Positions 1-11,508 are shown, counted from the first letter of the stretch. The stretch: DNA of 64,000 nucleotides from an uncultured Gammaproteobacteria bacterium (GCA_947085325.1 CAMTVY010000011.1:14629-78628); one strand, 5' to 3'. A program made the numbers and translations. Notes: generated from the letters alone by a model not told the origin.

Positions 1-1095
1 GTCGTTCTTGTTGTGGGTAGCGGCAAACTCTTCCCAGGGGTTTGCCTGACACTGCTTGATACCGAGCGAAATGCGGCGACGCTCCTCGTCGATATCCAGC
101 ACCATGACCTCGACCTCGTCACCCAGCTGCACCAGCTTGGAGGGGTGGACGTTCTTGTTGGTCCAGTCCATTTCGGAAACGTGCACCAGACCTTCCACGC
201 CGTCTTCAATTTCCACAAAACAGCCATAATCGGCGATATTGGTGATCTTGCCGAACAGCCGCGCCCCTTGCGGATAACGGCGTGCAAGATCGACCCAGGG
301 ATCGTCTTCCATCTGCTTCAGCCCGAGCGAGACACGATTGCGCTCCTTGTCGAACTTGAGCACCTTGACGTCGATCTCGTCACCCACACTGACGATGTCG
401 CCCGGATGCTTGACGCGCTTCCAGGCCATGTCGGTGATGTGCAGCAGGCCGTCGATGCCGCCCAGATCCACAAATGCGCCATAATCGGTCAGGTTCTTCA
501 CCACACCCTTGACCATCTGGCCCTCTTGCAGGCTGTCCAACAGCGCATCGCGCTCGGTGCTGCCTTCGGATTCGACCACAGCGCGGCGCGATACCACCAC
601 GTTATTGCGCTTGCGATCGATCTTGATAATCTTGAAATCCAGCGTCTTGCCTTCCAGATAGCCCGGATCGCGCACTGGCCGCACGTCCACCAGCGAGCCC
701 GGCAGGAACGCATGCACATCGTTGATTTCGACGGTAAAGCCGCCCTTGACCCGGCCGCTGATGAGGCCGCTCACGACATCGCCTGACTCAAAGGCCCGCT
801 CCAGTCGTATCCATGACTGATCACGCTTGGCCTTCTCGCGCGAAAGCTTGGTTTCACCGAAGCCATCCTCGATGGCGTCAAGCGCCACATCGACCTGGTC
901 GCCGACCACGACCTCGATCTCGCCCTGTTCGTTGCGGAACTGCTCAATGGGGATCAAGGCTTCGGACTTGAGTCCGGCATCCACGATGACCACGTCATCC
1001 TGTATGCGCAGCACGGTACCGATAACGATCGCGCCAGAACGCATGTGCTTGTTGATCTGGCTGCCTTCGAACAACTGTGCAAAACTTTCACTCAT
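1..1095 (-). CDS. rpsA: 30S ribosomal protein S1, first 365 codons (gene continues beyond window start)
   Basis: Absent from the ORF track because it runs off the window. Reverse complement from ATG at 1093-1095 reads [91 protein letters not shown]..., a classic S1 N-terminus with repeated S1 domains. It follows cmk, as in most proteobacteria. Confidence 0.95.
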   Translation of the reverse strand, partial: MSESFAQLFEGSQINKHMRSGAIVIGTVLRIQDDVVIVDAGLKSEALIPIEQFRNEQGEIEVVVGDQVDVALDAIEDGFGETKLSREKAKRDQSWIRLERAFESGDVVSGLISGRVKGGFTVEINDVHAFLPGSLVDVRPVRDPGYLEGKTLDFKIIKIDRKRNNVVVSRRAVVESEGSTERDALLDSLQEGQMVKGVVKNLTDYGAFVDLGGIDGLLHITDMAWKRVKHPGDIVSVGDEIDVKVLKFDKERNRVSLGLKQMEDDPWVDLARRYPQGARLFGKITNIADYGCFVEIEDGVEGLVHVSEMDWTNKNVHPSKLVQLGDEVEVMVLDIDEERRRISLGIKQCQANPWEEFAATHNKND

Positions 1096-1234
1096 GGATC
1101 TTAACAACCTCTCGCCGGAGCGGGGACACCCTGCCCGGACGGTTAAATTATCACCGGCTTGCGCCAGCTATCCGGCACCAGCCACCCTTAAAAACTATAT
1201 ATAAAACAAATTCTAATACTGCTTTGAGCCGCCC

Positions 1235-1921
1235 TTACAGCAGATTCAACACCTGCCGCACCACAGCTTCGATGGTAAGCCCGGAGGTATCCAGCACCAC
1301 GGCATCGGGCGCTGGCCTGAGGGGAGAGGCGCTACGCGCACTGTCACGCGCATCACGCTCGGCAATCTCGGCAACAAGATCGGGTATGGTAGCACCGCTC
1401 TGATTAGTGATCAACCCTTTTTCGATCAACTGCTTATAGCGGCGTTCGGCCCGGCACTGCGGGCTTGCGGTGAGAAAAATCTTGGGCTGGGCAGTGGGGA
1501 ATACCACGCTGCCCATATCGCGCCCGTCCGCCACCAGCCCCGGCGGCTGGCGAAAGGCCCGTTGCCGCTCCAGCAGCGCCGCCCGCACAGCCGGCAGGAC
1601 GGCAAGCCGGGAGGCGGCGTTACCGCACCTCTCGGCGCGCAGCGCCTGCCCCACATCACGCCCCTCCAGCAGCACCCGATCCGCCGCAGGGTCGTCCCCC
1701 TGCACCACAAAGTCTGCGTCCAGCCGCGCTGCCAGTGCCGCCAGCGCCTCCTCGTCGTCAAGGGCCACACCGTGGTGTTCGGCCGCCAATGCCACCAAGC
1801 GGTACAGCGCCCCGCTGTCCAGCAGGTGCCAACCCAGCCGCTGCGCCAGAATACGGCTCAGCGTACCCTTGCCCGACCCGCTGGGGCCGTCAATCGTCAG
1901 CACCGGAACCGCGTGGCTCAC
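1235..1921 (-). CDS. cmk: cytidylate kinase
   Basis: 228 aa. P-loop [11 protein letters not shown], and an LLDSGALYR motif typical of Cmk. Sits between aroA and rpsA. Confidence 0.95.
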   Translation of the reverse strand: MSHAVPVLTIDGPSGSGKGTLSRILAQRLGWHLLDSGALYRLVALAAEHHGVALDDEEALAALAARLDADFVVQGDDPAADRVLLEGRDVGQALRAERCGNAASRLAVLPAVRAALLERQRAFRQPPGLVADGRDMGSVVFPTAQPKIFLTASPQCRAERRYKQLIEKGLITNQSGATIPDLVAEIAERDARDSARSASPLRPAPDAVVLDTSGLTIEAVVRQVLNLL

Positions 1922-3240
1922 GCGCCATCCGTGCTGCTGATCGCGAGCCCCGCACGCTGTGCGAGGCCGACAAAGCCGGGAAACGAGGTATTCACATTGG
2001 CGCAGTCAGTAATGGAGATGCCGGCCTGCGCACACAGCGCCGCCATGGCAAATGCCATGGCGATGCGGTGATCGCCGTGGCTATCGACCGTCCCGCCACC
2101 CAGCCTGCCGCCCTGGATCACCATCCCGTCCGGGGTGGGTCGCGCCTCAATCCCGAGCTGCGTCAACCCGTCGGCCATCACCTGGATGCGGTCGCTTTCC
2201 TTCACACGCAGCTCATGTGCGCCGGTGAGCACCGTTTCACCCGTGGCGCAGGCGGCAGCGATAAACAGTGCGGGAAATTCATCTATCGCCAGAGGTACCT
2301 GGTCTTCCGGGATACGCGTGCCGTGCAGACTGGCCGAGCGCACACGAATATCCGCCACCGGTTCGCCGCCCACCTCGCGCTCGTCAAGCAGTGTGATGTC
2401 CGCGCCCATGCGGCGCAGAATGTTGATCACGCCGATGCGGGTCAGATTAATGCCCACATGCTCGAGCGTCACATCCGATCCCGGCGCAATGCTGGCACCC
2501 ACCATGAAAAATGCAGCGGATGAAATATCCGCCGGGACATCAATCGGCGTGGCACGCAACTCACCGCCGCCGGTGAGGCACACTGTGGCGCCGTTCTGTT
2601 CCACGGCGTAACCGAAACCGCGCAACATGCGCTCGGTGTGATCCCGCGTCGGCGCGGGTTCTGTGACGCAGGTGGAGCCGCTCGCATAGAGCCCCGCGAG
2701 CAGCAGCGCAGACTTCACCTGTGCGCTCGCCACCGGCAGCCGATAATCAATGCCGGTCAGCCTTTGCCCGCCCCGTATCAGCAGCGGTGCGGTGCCCTGC
2801 GCCGTGGCGTCAATGCGTGCGCCCATGAGTGCCAGCGGCTCGGTGACACGCCGCATGGGTCGTCGTGACAGCGAGGCATCGCCCGTCAGCGTCACGTCAA
2901 ACGGCAGGCCGCACAACAGGCCCGACAACAGGCGCATCGACGTACCCGCGTTGCCGAGGTCGAGTGGTGCAACAGGCGACTTCAGGCCATGCAGCCCCAC
3001 GCCATGAATTACGACCTTGCCCGGGCCGGGATGTTCTATGTTCACGCCCAAGGCACGGAACGCCGCCAGCGTGCACAGGCAATCCTCTCCTTCAAGAAAC
3101 CCGCTCACCTCAGTCACGCCAGAGGCGACAGACCCCAGCATGATGGCACGGTGCGAAATGGATTTATCCCCCGGCACGCGCACACGTCCGCGCAATGCAC
3201 CACCCGGCGTAACGTGATACGTCAGCGCAGAAGCGGTCAT
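1918..3240 (-). CDS. aroA: 3-phosphoshikimate 1-carboxyvinyltransferase (EPSP synthase)
   Basis: ORF 1918..3312. [10 protein letters not shown] motif about 22 aa after the ATG at 3240, which lies 4 nt after the tyrA stop. The longer ORF start at 3312 would overlap tyrA. Confidence 0.93.
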   Translation of the reverse strand: MTASALTYHVTPGGALRGRVRVPGDKSISHRAIMLGSVASGVTEVSGFLEGEDCLCTLAAFRALGVNIEHPGPGKVVIHGVGLHGLKSPVAPLDLGNAGTSMRLLSGLLCGLPFDVTLTGDASLSRRPMRRVTEPLALMGARIDATAQGTAPLLIRGGQRLTGIDYRLPVASAQVKSALLLAGLYASGSTCVTEPAPTRDHTERMLRGFGYAVEQNGATVCLTGGGELRATPIDVPADISSAAFFMVGASIAPGSDVTLEHVGINLTRIGVINILRRMGADITLLDEREVGGEPVADIRVRSASLHGTRIPEDQVPLAIDEFPALFIAAACATGETVLTGAHELRVKESDRIQVMADGLTQLGIEARPTPDGMVIQGGRLGGGTVDSHGDHRIAMAFAMAALCAQAGISITDCANVNTSFPGFVGLAQRAGLAISSTDGA

Positions 3241-3244
3241 ACCA

Positions 3245-4102
3245 TCAACCGTTGAACTGGTCACGCTCATGCTTGGCGCGGGCAAAGACCTCGAGGATGC
3301 GTACGCCGTCACTGGTGCGGATGGCAGCGTGCAATTGCTCCAGATCGGTGCTGAAACGCTCCAGCACGGTCAGTATTGCATCGCGGTTGGCCAGGCAGAT
3401 GTCGCGCCACATGACGGGGTCACTGGCGGCGATGCGCGTGAAGTCACGAAAGCCGCCTGCTGCAAAGCGGAAGATGTCGTCATGGCTTTCCGTGCGCGCG
3501 AGGCTATCGACCAGCGTATAGGCCAGCAGGTGCGGCAGATGGCTGGTGGCAGCGAGCAGCGCATCATGACGTGCGGCGTCCATCTCCAACACCTCGGCGC
3601 CGGCCTGCTCCCACATGGCGCGCACCTGCCGGATTGCGTCCGCACTGGTGTGCGCCAACGGCGTCAGCACCACGCGGCGCTGCTGGAACAGCTCGGCAAA
3701 CGAGGCCTCAACGCCACTCTGCTCAGTACCGGCGATCGGATGCCCCGGCACAAAGTTCGCAGGCACCTCGCCAAATACCGCACGCGCCGCCTCGATGACA
3801 CACCGCTTGACGCTGCCCGCATCGGTAATCACCGTGTGTGGCGCCAGCGCGGGCTTGATCTGTTTCAACACCGTCTCTGTGGCGCCGACAGGTACTGCCA
3901 GCACGACCATGTCAGCGTCTTGCACGGCGACGCGCAGATCCGATTCATAACGGTCAAGCACACCCAGCGTAACGGCCTTTTGCAGCTGCGCGGCATTGCG
4001 CCCGCTGCCGACGACCTCCTGGCACGCGCCCGCCTGCTTGAGCGCGCGCGCGAGCGAGCCGCCGATCAATCCCACGCCGATGATAGTTAATTTATTTATC
4101 AT
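3245..4102 (-). CDS. tyrA: prephenate (arogenate) dehydrogenase
   Basis: 285 aa. N-terminal Rossmann motif IIGVGLIGGSLARAL. Sits in the pheA-hisC-tyrA-aroA operon context. Confidence 0.9.
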   Translation of the reverse strand: MINKLTIIGVGLIGGSLARALKQAGACQEVVGSGRNAAQLQKAVTLGVLDRYESDLRVAVQDADMVVLAVPVGATETVLKQIKPALAPHTVITDAGSVKRCVIEAARAVFGEVPANFVPGHPIAGTEQSGVEASFAELFQQRRVVLTPLAHTSADAIRQVRAMWEQAGAEVLEMDAARHDALLAATSHLPHLLAYTLVDSLARTESHDDIFRFAAGGFRDFTRIAASDPVMWRDICLANRDAILTVLERFSTDLEQLHAAIRTSDGVRILEVFARAKHERDQFNG

Positions 4103-4112
4103 TATAAAAACC

Positions 4113-4204
4113 CAACGCCAAGGCGCAAAGACGCAAAGTTCACAATAGCAAGCAAGGCGATAACCAGCGTTAGCTTTCTTGCGCCTTGGCGTCTTTGCGT
4201 TGAG
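4113..4204. repeat. octamer-array inverted repeat (REP-like hairpin), copy 1
   Basis: Left arm CAACGCCAAGGCGCAAAGACGCAAAG, AT-rich centre, right arm CTTGCGCCTTGGCGTCTTTGCGTTGAG. A 13-bp perfect stem pairs 4116-4128 with 4179-4191. Same family as 24101, 38111 and 56462. Confidence 0.8.
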
Positions 4205-5324
4205 TAGCTGGCTGATCCTTCACCAACACCTTTTCCAAGGCTTTAATAAAACGTTCGTTTTCTTCAGGCAATCCAATCGTGACGCGCAAATGCTGCGGCA
4301 TGGCATAATTCGCCACCGGGCGCACAATCACACCCTCGCGCAGGAGTGCATCATAGACATCCAGCGCATTGCGCCTGATATCCACACACACAAAGTTGCC
4401 CGCCGAAGGGATAAACTCCAGCCCCATGGCAGCAAATGCCGAGGTTAGCTGCGCCATGCCATCACGATTACACGCCAGACTGCGCGCAAGGTGATCGTTA
4501 TCTTCGAGCGCCGCCAGTGCCGCCACCTGCGCCAGACTGTTCACATTGAATGGTTGACGCACCCGGTTCAGCATATCAGCCGCCTCCGGCTGAGACAGTG
4601 CATAACCCACGCGCAGCCCGGCCAAGCCGTACGCCTTGGAAAACGTGCGCGTCACAATCAGGTTCGGAAACCGCGTGAGCCACAGACTCGCATCCGGGTA
4701 GTCAGCAGCGGCATCACGTGCGTACTCAAAATACGCCTCGTCCACCACCACCAAAACTGAGGGCGGCACGGTCTGCAGGAAATCTTCCAGCACACGCCCC
4801 GACAACCAAGTGCCGGTAGGATTGTTCGGATTGGCAATAAATACCACGCGGGTACGGTCGTTCAGCAGTGCCTGCATGGCATCGAGATCGTGTCCCCAGT
4901 TGCGTACCGTCGCAACACGCGCCGTGGCGCCGACCGCCTGCGTCACAATGGGATACACGGCAAAGGCGTGCGCGGAAAACACCACTTCATGCTGCGGCGT
5001 GACAAACGCGCGTGTAACCAGCTCCAACAGATCATTCGAGCCATTACCCAGCGTGACTTGATCCAGCTGCACGCCGTGTCTGCGCGCCAGCGCGGCACGC
5101 AGATCAAACCCTGCGCCGTCGGGATAACGTGCAAGCTGGGTTAGTGACTGTTGCACGGCACTCACCGCACGCGGACTCGGCCCCAATGGGTTCTCGTTAG
5201 AGGCCAGCTTGATGATATCGCGCACACCGTATTCACGCTCCAGCTCTGCAACCGGCTTGCCCGGCACATAGGGTTGCAGATTGCGCACGCCCGGCGCGGC
5301 CAATTCCATGAAAGAGACACGCAT
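4170..5324 (-). CDS. hisC: histidinol-phosphate / aromatic aminotransferase
   Basis: 384 aa. Class II aminotransferase with the SKAYGLAGLRVGY pyridoxal-lysine region. The last ~10 codons (QRKDAKAQES) are encoded by the REP-like repeat arm. Confidence 0.92.
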   Translation of the reverse strand: MRVSFMELAAPGVRNLQPYVPGKPVAELEREYGVRDIIKLASNENPLGPSPRAVSAVQQSLTQLARYPDGAGFDLRAALARRHGVQLDQVTLGNGSNDLLELVTRAFVTPQHEVVFSAHAFAVYPIVTQAVGATARVATVRNWGHDLDAMQALLNDRTRVVFIANPNNPTGTWLSGRVLEDFLQTVPPSVLVVVDEAYFEYARDAAADYPDASLWLTRFPNLIVTRTFSKAYGLAGLRVGYALSQPEAADMLNRVRQPFNVNSLAQVAALAALEDNDHLARSLACNRDGMAQLTSAFAAMGLEFIPSAGNFVCVDIRRNALDVYDALLREGVIVRPVANYAMPQHLRVTIGLPEENERFIKALEKVLVKDQPATQRKDAKAQES

Positions 5325-5335
5325 GACGCAGCAGC

Positions 5336-6415
5336 TTACAGCACGGCCTTGGGATAGGAACCCAGCACTTTCAGCAGCGCCGCCTCGGACTGAATCTCCT
5401 TCAGTGCTGCCGCAACAGCCGGTTCCTGCATGTGCCCTGCAATGTCAATGAAAAACACATACTCCCAAGCCGCCTGGCGGGATGGACGCGATTCGATGCG
5501 CATCATGCTGATTTTGTGATGCGCAAGCGGCGCCAGCAGGTGATATAGCGCCCCGGATTGGTTGCGCGTCGACACCAGCAGGGAGGTTTTATCGTTGCCA
5601 CTGGGTGCCGTGTCCTGCCGCCCCAGCACCAGAAAACGCGTGGTATTGTTGGGCTCATCTTCTATATTCACAGCCAACGCGCGCAACTGGTAAATCGACG
5701 CGGCAAGATCACTGGCAATTGCAGCGGCGCCCGCCTCCTGTGCAGCACGCCGGGCACCCTCGGCATTGCTGCTCACAGGCAGCAGCTCCATGCCATGCAC
5801 GTGGCTGTCCAGCCAATCCCGGCACTGTGCCAGCGCCTGCGGATGGGCATACACACGCTGCACCTCGCTCAGTGTGTCCGCCTTGCTCAACAGTTGGTGA
5901 TTTACACGCAGCTCTATTTCACCGCAGATCCGGAGCGGCGACAGCATAAGCATATCCAGTGTATGACTGACGGCCCCCTCGGTGGAGTTCTCGACCGGTA
6001 CCACGCCGTAGTTGGCGGTACCGGACTCGACCCCACGGAAGATATCATCGATATCCGCCACTGGCAGCACGGTAACCGCATGACCAAAGTGCTTGAGGGC
6101 GGCCGCTTCGGAGTAGGTTCCCTGCGGCCCCAGGTAGGCGATGCTGAGCGGTTGCTCCAGCGCACGGCAGGCAGACATTATTTCACGGAACAGTCGCGCC
6201 ATCTCCTCATCACTGAGTGGGCCGTGATTGCGCTCCAGCGCCTTGCGCAACACTTCCGCCTCGCGCTCGGCGCGGTAGCACTCATTGTGCTCGCCGTTGG
6301 CGCGCTTGGTCTCTGCAACTTCCTGCGCACACGCGGCACGCTCACTCACCAGCGACTGGATTTTTTCATCCAGCGCATCAATGCGGGCACGTAGCGCTTG
6401 CAGTTTGTCGTTCAT
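5336..6415 (-). CDS. pheA: bifunctional chorismate mutase / prephenate dehydratase (P-protein)
   Basis: 359 aa. N-terminal CM domain (LRARIDALDEKI), PDT domain and C-terminal ACT with an ESRPSR motif. Confidence 0.95.
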   Translation of the reverse strand: MNDKLQALRARIDALDEKIQSLVSERAACAQEVAETKRANGEHNECYRAEREAEVLRKALERNHGPLSDEEMARLFREIMSACRALEQPLSIAYLGPQGTYSEAAALKHFGHAVTVLPVADIDDIFRGVESGTANYGVVPVENSTEGAVSHTLDMLMLSPLRICGEIELRVNHQLLSKADTLSEVQRVYAHPQALAQCRDWLDSHVHGMELLPVSSNAEGARRAAQEAGAAAIASDLAASIYQLRALAVNIEDEPNNTTRFLVLGRQDTAPSGNDKTSLLVSTRNQSGALYHLLAPLAHHKISMMRIESRPSRQAAWEYVFFIDIAGHMQEPAVAAALKEIQSEAALLKVLGSYPKAVL

Positions 6416-6420
6416 AAAAT

Positions 6421-6517
6421 AGTGGCGAGCGGCTAGTGGCGAGTGGCCAGGGAAAACCAGTCTATTGGGAAATTCTTCATGTAGTTACTCGCCACTCGCC
6501 ACTAGCCGCTCGCCACT
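6421..6517. repeat. 27-bp perfect inverted repeat (GTGGCGA-rich) with 43-nt AT-rich loop
   Basis: 6421-6447 AGTGGCGAGCGGCTAGTGGCGAGTGGC is the exact reverse complement of 6491-6517. It fills the serA-pheA spacer. Confidence 0.85.
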
Positions 6518-6520
6518 GTT

Positions 6521-7684
6521 TTACAACGTACGCACTGACAGCACGCCGTCAATTTTTGCGATCTCCTGCACCACACTGTCAGGAATTTTCCCTTCGGCAT
6601 CTGCCAGCGTGTAGGCATAATCGCCGCGCGACTTGTTGATCAGGTCAATGATGTTGATCCCGGCCTTGGCCATCGTGGTGGAAATCTGCCCGACCATGTT
6701 GGGCACGTTGGCATTGGCAATGGCGATCCGCTGGCCCTCGGTACGCGGCATCATTACTTCGGGAAAATTCACCGAGTTGTGAATGTTGCCGTTTTCGAGA
6801 AAATCACGCACCTGTTCCGCCACCATCACGGCGCAGTTATCCTCCGCCTCGGCGGTGGAAGCACCCAGATGCGGCAGCGCAATAACGCGCTTGTTGCCCC
6901 GGAACAGAGTGCTCGGGAAATCGCATATATAAGCATACACCTGGCCGCTGTTCAGTGCCGTATTCAGCGCATCGACATCAATGATGCCTTCGCGCGCAAA
7001 GTTGAGCAAGACCGCGCCTTTCTTCATCAGCTTCAGGCGCTGCGCACTAATGAGATTGCGCGTAGCATCGGAGAGCGGCACATGCAGTGAGATAAAATCC
7101 GCCTTGGCCACCAGATCATCCACGTTGGCCGCCTGTTGCACGCTGGAAGACAGCTTCCAGGCGCCCTGCACCGTAATACCGGGATCGAAACCGACCACCT
7201 TCATGCCGAGCGCAAGAGCGGCGTTTGCCACTTCACGCCCAATGGCGCCGAGACCGATCACACCGAGCGTGCGACCAGGAAGTTCGAACCCGACGAAATC
7301 CTTTTTTCCCTCCTCTACCAGCTTGTTCAATGCGGCATCGTCGCCTTCCAGCGTGCGCGCGAAATCCCACGCCTGGCAGATATTACGACAGGCGAGCAGC
7401 ATGCCTGCGATTACCAGCTCTTTCACCGCGTTGGCATTCGCACCGGGGGCGTTGAACACCGGAATGCCACGGGCTGACAGCTTGTCCACGGGGATGTTGT
7501 TTACGCCCGCACCCGCACGCCCCACCGCCTTGAGCGACGCGGGCATTTCCATATCGTGCATCTTGAACGAGCGCAGCAGAATTGCGTCTGGCTGCTGCAT
7601 CTCTGACGCAATTTCATATATATCGCGTGGCAGACGTTCCAGACCAATATCCGAGATATTGTTTAATGTTTGAATTTTGAACAT
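6521..7684 (-). CDS. serA: D-3-phosphoglycerate dehydrogenase (2-hydroxyacid dehydrogenase with C-terminal ACT domain)
   Basis: 387 aa. NAD-binding motif GVIGLGAIGREVA, catalytic region LPHLGAST, C-terminal ACT-like domain. Adjacent to serC. Confidence 0.85.
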   Translation of the reverse strand: MFKIQTLNNISDIGLERLPRDIYEIASEMQQPDAILLRSFKMHDMEMPASLKAVGRAGAGVNNIPVDKLSARGIPVFNAPGANANAVKELVIAGMLLACRNICQAWDFARTLEGDDAALNKLVEEGKKDFVGFELPGRTLGVIGLGAIGREVANAALALGMKVVGFDPGITVQGAWKLSSSVQQAANVDDLVAKADFISLHVPLSDATRNLISAQRLKLMKKGAVLLNFAREGIIDVDALNTALNSGQVYAYICDFPSTLFRGNKRVIALPHLGASTAEAEDNCAVMVAEQVRDFLENGNIHNSVNFPEVMMPRTEGQRIAIANANVPNMVGQISTTMAKAGINIIDLINKSRGDYAYTLADAEGKIPDSVVQEIAKIDGVLSVRTL

Positions 7685-7699
7685 GAGAACCTCGCTATC

Positions 7700-8782
7700 T
7701 CAAGCGTGACGCTGCTGAAATTCACGCATGAAGGCTACCAACGCATCCACGCCAGACTCCGGCATTGCATTATAGATGCTCGCGCGCATCCCGCCCACCG
7801 AGCGGTGCCCGGCCAGCGTGAGCAACCCGGCCTTCTTCGCCTCAGACAGAAAAATACTGTCGAGCTTGTCATCCGGCAATGTAAACGGCACGTTCATCCA
7901 TGAACGGCACGCAGGGTCAACGGGGCTCTTGTAAAAACCGGAGTCGTCGATCGCGGCATAGAGCTTGTTTGCCTTGCGCTGATTGCGCTCAGCCATGCCT
8001 TGCAGCCCGCCCTGGCGCTTTATCCAGTCGAACACCAGCCCCGCAAAATACCAGCCGTAAGTCGCCGGCGTGTTGTACATCGAATCATTGTCGGCATGGA
8101 TTTTATAATCGAACATCACCGGCGTACCGGGGAGCGTCTGGCCCATGAGGTCGTCGCGCACGATCACCAGCGTCAGCCCTGCCGGGCCGATATTCTTCTG
8201 TGCACCGGCATAGATTACGCCGAACTTTGATACGTCCACCGGCCGCGACAGGATAGTCGAGGACATATCCGCCACCAGCGGCACATCACCGGTCTCCGGC
8301 ACCCAGTGGAATTCCACACCGCCGATGGTTTCGTTCGGCGTGTAGTGCACATAGGCCGCGCCGGGATTGAGCTGCCAGGTTTGCTGCGCGGGCACATAGG
8401 TGAAATTCCTGTCTTCCGCGCTCGCCGCCACATTTACCTTGCAGTAACGCTTGCCCTCGGCAATGGCCTTCTTCGACCATTCGCCGGTATGGATGTAATC
8501 AGCTTCAGCTTTGCCGCGCAGCAGATTCATCGGCACCATGGAAAACTGGCTGCTGGCGCCGCCCTGCAGGAACAGCACCTTGTAGTTGTCCGGGATCGCC
8601 ATGATCTCGCGCAGACTGGCCTCGGCACCCTCCGCAATCGACATGTATTCCTTGCCGCGGTGACTCATTTCCATCACCGACATGCCGCAGCCGTGCCAGT
8701 CCAGCATTTCGTCTGCCGCCTGACGCAATACTTCTTCCGGCAATACCGCCGGCCCGGCACTGAAATTATATGCGCGTGGCAT
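7700..8782 (-). CDS. serC: 3-phosphoserine / phosphohydroxythreonine aminotransferase
   Basis: ORF 7700..8794. MPRAYNFSAGPAVLPEEVL matches the SerC N-terminus. The ATG at 8782 is preceded by GAGGAG 5 nt upstream. Confidence 0.95.
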   Translation of the reverse strand: MPRAYNFSAGPAVLPEEVLRQAADEMLDWHGCGMSVMEMSHRGKEYMSIAEGAEASLREIMAIPDNYKVLFLQGGASSQFSMVPMNLLRGKAEADYIHTGEWSKKAIAEGKRYCKVNVAASAEDRNFTYVPAQQTWQLNPGAAYVHYTPNETIGGVEFHWVPETGDVPLVADMSSTILSRPVDVSKFGVIYAGAQKNIGPAGLTLVIVRDDLMGQTLPGTPVMFDYKIHADNDSMYNTPATYGWYFAGLVFDWIKRQGGLQGMAERNQRKANKLYAAIDDSGFYKSPVDPACRSWMNVPFTLPDDKLDSIFLSEAKKAGLLTLAGHRSVGGMRASIYNAMPESGVDALVAFMREFQQRHA

Positions 8783-8802
8783 GACACTCCTCATTGCAAT
8801 AA

Positions 8803-11382
8803 TTATTCATCTGGGGAATTCGCTACTTCCTGCTCTGCCTGCCCTTCCGGCTCTTCCTCGACATCGCCGATACGCTCGATGCCGATGAGCTTTTCATTTT
8901 CCGACGGGCTGATCAGCTTCACACCCTGCGTGTTGCGTCCGACCTGAGACACTTCACTGACGCGCGTGCGCACCAGCGTGCCACCGTTGGTAATGAGCAT
9001 GATCTCGTCGGTCTCAAGCACCCGCACCGCGCCGATCACTGCGCCGTTGCGCTCGGTGGTCTGGATCGAAATAACGCCCTGCCCGCCACGCCCGTGCCTG
9101 GGGTAATCCTCTATCGGCGTGCGCTTGCCGTAGCCGCGCTCGGTGGCCGTCAGTACCGCGCCTTCATCGGCGATAATGAGCGAGATCACGCGCTGCCCTG
9201 CGCCCAGGCGGATGCCGCGCACACCACAGGCGGTACGCCCCATGGAGCGTACATCCTGCTCCTCAAAGCGGATCACCTTGCCGGTGTTGGTAAAGAGCAT
9301 GATGTCCTGTTTGCCGTCGGTGAGTGCCACGCCGACCAACTGATCGTCGGCGCGCAGATCGAGTGCGATAATACCGCTCGGGCGTGGGCGCGAAAATTCT
9401 ACCAGCGGCGTCTTTTTCACGGTGCCCTGCGCTGTCGCCATGAACACATAATGATCTGACGTGAATTCGTGCACCGGCAGGATGGCATTGATACGTTCAT
9501 CCGCCTCCAGCGCCAGCAGGTTGATGATCGGTTTGCCGCGCGCGATACGCCCCGCCTGCGGCAATTCATACACCTTCATCCAGTACACCTTACCGCGACT
9601 GGAGAAACACAAAATGGTGTCGTGCGTGCTGGCGACAAAGAGCTTCTCGACGAAATCCTCGTCACGCACACTGGTCACTGCCTTGCCGCGACCGCCACGC
9701 TTCTGCGCGCGATACAGTGACAAGGGCTGCGACTTCACATAGCCTGCATGCGACAGGGTCACCACTACATCCTCAACGTTGATCAGATCCTCCAGGGTAA
9801 GATCCTGATGGTCGAGGATGATCTCGGTGCGACGTTTATCGGCATACTGCTCACGTATTTGGGTCAGCTCGTCATGAATCACCTGCATCAGACGCTCATT
9901 ACTGGCCAGTACGCCCAGCAGGCGCTCGATGATGCTGAGCAGTTCGCGGTACTCACTGACAATCTTGTCCTGCTCCAGCCCGGTGAGCCGGTGCAGACGC
10001 AAATCGAGTATCGCCTGTGCCTGTACCAGCGTGAGGCGATAACCCTCGGCATCCAGCCCGAACTCCGGCGCCAGATCGTCGGGGCGTGATGCAGAGGCGC
10101 CCGTGCGCGCCAACATGTCGCTCACCGCACCCGGCGCCCAGCGTTGCGACAGCAAGCCTTCACGCGCCTGCGCGGGATCCGGGGCAGCCTTGATCAACGC
10201 AATAACGGCATCGATATTGGCGAGTGCGATCGTAAGGCCTTCGAGGATATGGGCGCGTTCACGCGCTTTGCGCAACTCATACACGGTACGCCGCGTCACC
10301 ACCTCACGCCGGTGACGGATAAACAGCTCCAGCGCCTGCTTGAGATTCAGCAAACGCGGCTGCCCATCCACCAGCGCCACCATATTGATGCCGAAAACGC
10401 TCTGCAGTTGCGTGTGAAGGTACAGGTTATTGAGCAGCACTTCCGCCACTTCGCCGCGCTTCAGGGTAATGACCATGCGCATGCCGTCTTTGTCGGACTC
10501 GTCCCGCAGCTCGGAAATACCCTCGAGCTTCTTCTCCTTGACCAGTTCGGCGATCCTTTCCAGCAGACGCGCCTTGTTCACCTGATAGGGCAGTTCGGTG
10601 ACGATGATGCTCTGCCTGCCGCTGGTCTCGTCGGTCTCGATTTCGGTGCGCCCGCGCACGAACAGGCGTCCGCGTCCGCTACGGTAGGCCTCGTGAATAC
10701 CCGCCACACCACTGATGATGCCGGCAGTAGGGAAGTCCGGGCCGGGGATGTACTTCATCAGATCCGGCACGCTCAGTTCCCGATTTTCGATCAGCGCCAG
10801 ACAGGCATCGACCACTTCACCCAGATTGTGCGGCGGGATATTGGTCGCCATACCGACCGCGATACCGCTGGAACCGTTGACCAGCAGGTTGGGGATGCGC
10901 GCCGGAAACACCACCGGCTCGCGCTCTGACTCGTCATAGTTGGGGACAAAATCGACCGTTTCCTTGTCCAGATCGGCCAGCATCTCGTGCGCAATGCGCG
11001 ACATACGCACTTCGGTGTAGCGCATCGCCGCAGGTGCGTCACCATCCACCGAGCCGAAGTTGCCCTGCCCGTCCACCAGCATGTAGCGCAGCGAGAACGG
11101 CTGCGCCATGCGCACGATGGTGTCATACACCGCAGTATCCCCATGCGGGTGGTATTTACCGATAACATCGCCCACTACGCGCGCCGACTTTTTATACGGC
11201 TTGTTCCAGTCGTTGCCCAGCTCGCTCATCGCGTACAAAACGCGGCGGTGCACGGGCTTCAGGCCGTCGCGCACATCGGGCAGGGCACGGCCCACGATCA
11301 CGCTCATCGCATAGTCGAGGTACGACTGCTTCATCTCCTCTTCGATGTTGACGGGGAGGACTTCTTTGGCGAAATCAACCAT
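8803..11382 (-). CDS. gyrA: DNA gyrase subunit A
   Basis: 859 aa. The region [26 protein letters not shown] and the [21 protein letters not shown] are unmistakable. Confidence 0.98.
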   Translation of the reverse strand: MVDFAKEVLPVNIEEEMKQSYLDYAMSVIVGRALPDVRDGLKPVHRRVLYAMSELGNDWNKPYKKSARVVGDVIGKYHPHGDTAVYDTIVRMAQPFSLRYMLVDGQGNFGSVDGDAPAAMRYTEVRMSRIAHEMLADLDKETVDFVPNYDESEREPVVFPARIPNLLVNGSSGIAVGMATNIPPHNLGEVVDACLALIENRELSVPDLMKYIPGPDFPTAGIISGVAGIHEAYRSGRGRLFVRGRTEIETDETSGRQSIIVTELPYQVNKARLLERIAELVKEKKLEGISELRDESDKDGMRMVITLKRGEVAEVLLNNLYLHTQLQSVFGINMVALVDGQPRLLNLKQALELFIRHRREVVTRRTVYELRKARERAHILEGLTIALANIDAVIALIKAAPDPAQAREGLLSQRWAPGAVSDMLARTGASASRPDDLAPEFGLDAEGYRLTLVQAQAILDLRLHRLTGLEQDKIVSEYRELLSIIERLLGVLASNERLMQVIHDELTQIREQYADKRRTEIILDHQDLTLEDLINVEDVVVTLSHAGYVKSQPLSLYRAQKRGGRGKAVTSVRDEDFVEKLFVASTHDTILCFSSRGKVYWMKVYELPQAGRIARGKPIINLLALEADERINAILPVHEFTSDHYVFMATAQGTVKKTPLVEFSRPRPSGIIALDLRADDQLVGVALTDGKQDIMLFTNTGKVIRFEEQDVRSMGRTACGVRGIRLGAGQRVISLIIADEGAVLTATERGYGKRTPIEDYPRHGRGGQGVISIQTTERNGAVIGAVRVLETDEIMLITNGGTLVRTRVSEVSQVGRNTQGVKLISPSENEKLIGIERIGDVEEEPEGQAEQEVANSPDE

Positions 11383-11508
11383 CAGAGAGGTTCTGTTGGG
11401 CGTGTGTCGGCGCTGGAAAAATCAAGGTATCAGGCACTGTTTTTGTAAGCGGCTAGGATAGCATAAACACCCCCATCCGGCACGTAAAATGAGGTCGCGG
11501 GCGGGAAC

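Noticed and set aside
13-786. Long ORFs antisense to or out of frame with recognisable genes. Examples: 13-786(+), 3269-4090(+), 5558-6394(+), 13776-14927(-), 15079-15933(-), 20407-21456(+), 23124-24080(+), 24731-25882(+), 28074-29108(-), 33683-34471(-), 38426-39652(+), 50013-50963(-), 52675-53958(-), 61393-62613(-).
   Set aside because: Each lies entirely within a gene on the other strand or frame whose product has unmistakable family motifs. Their translations are Arg/Ala/Gly/His-rich low-complexity strings typical of stop-codon-poor shadow frames in high-G+C DNA, and none has a Shine-Dalgarno sequence.
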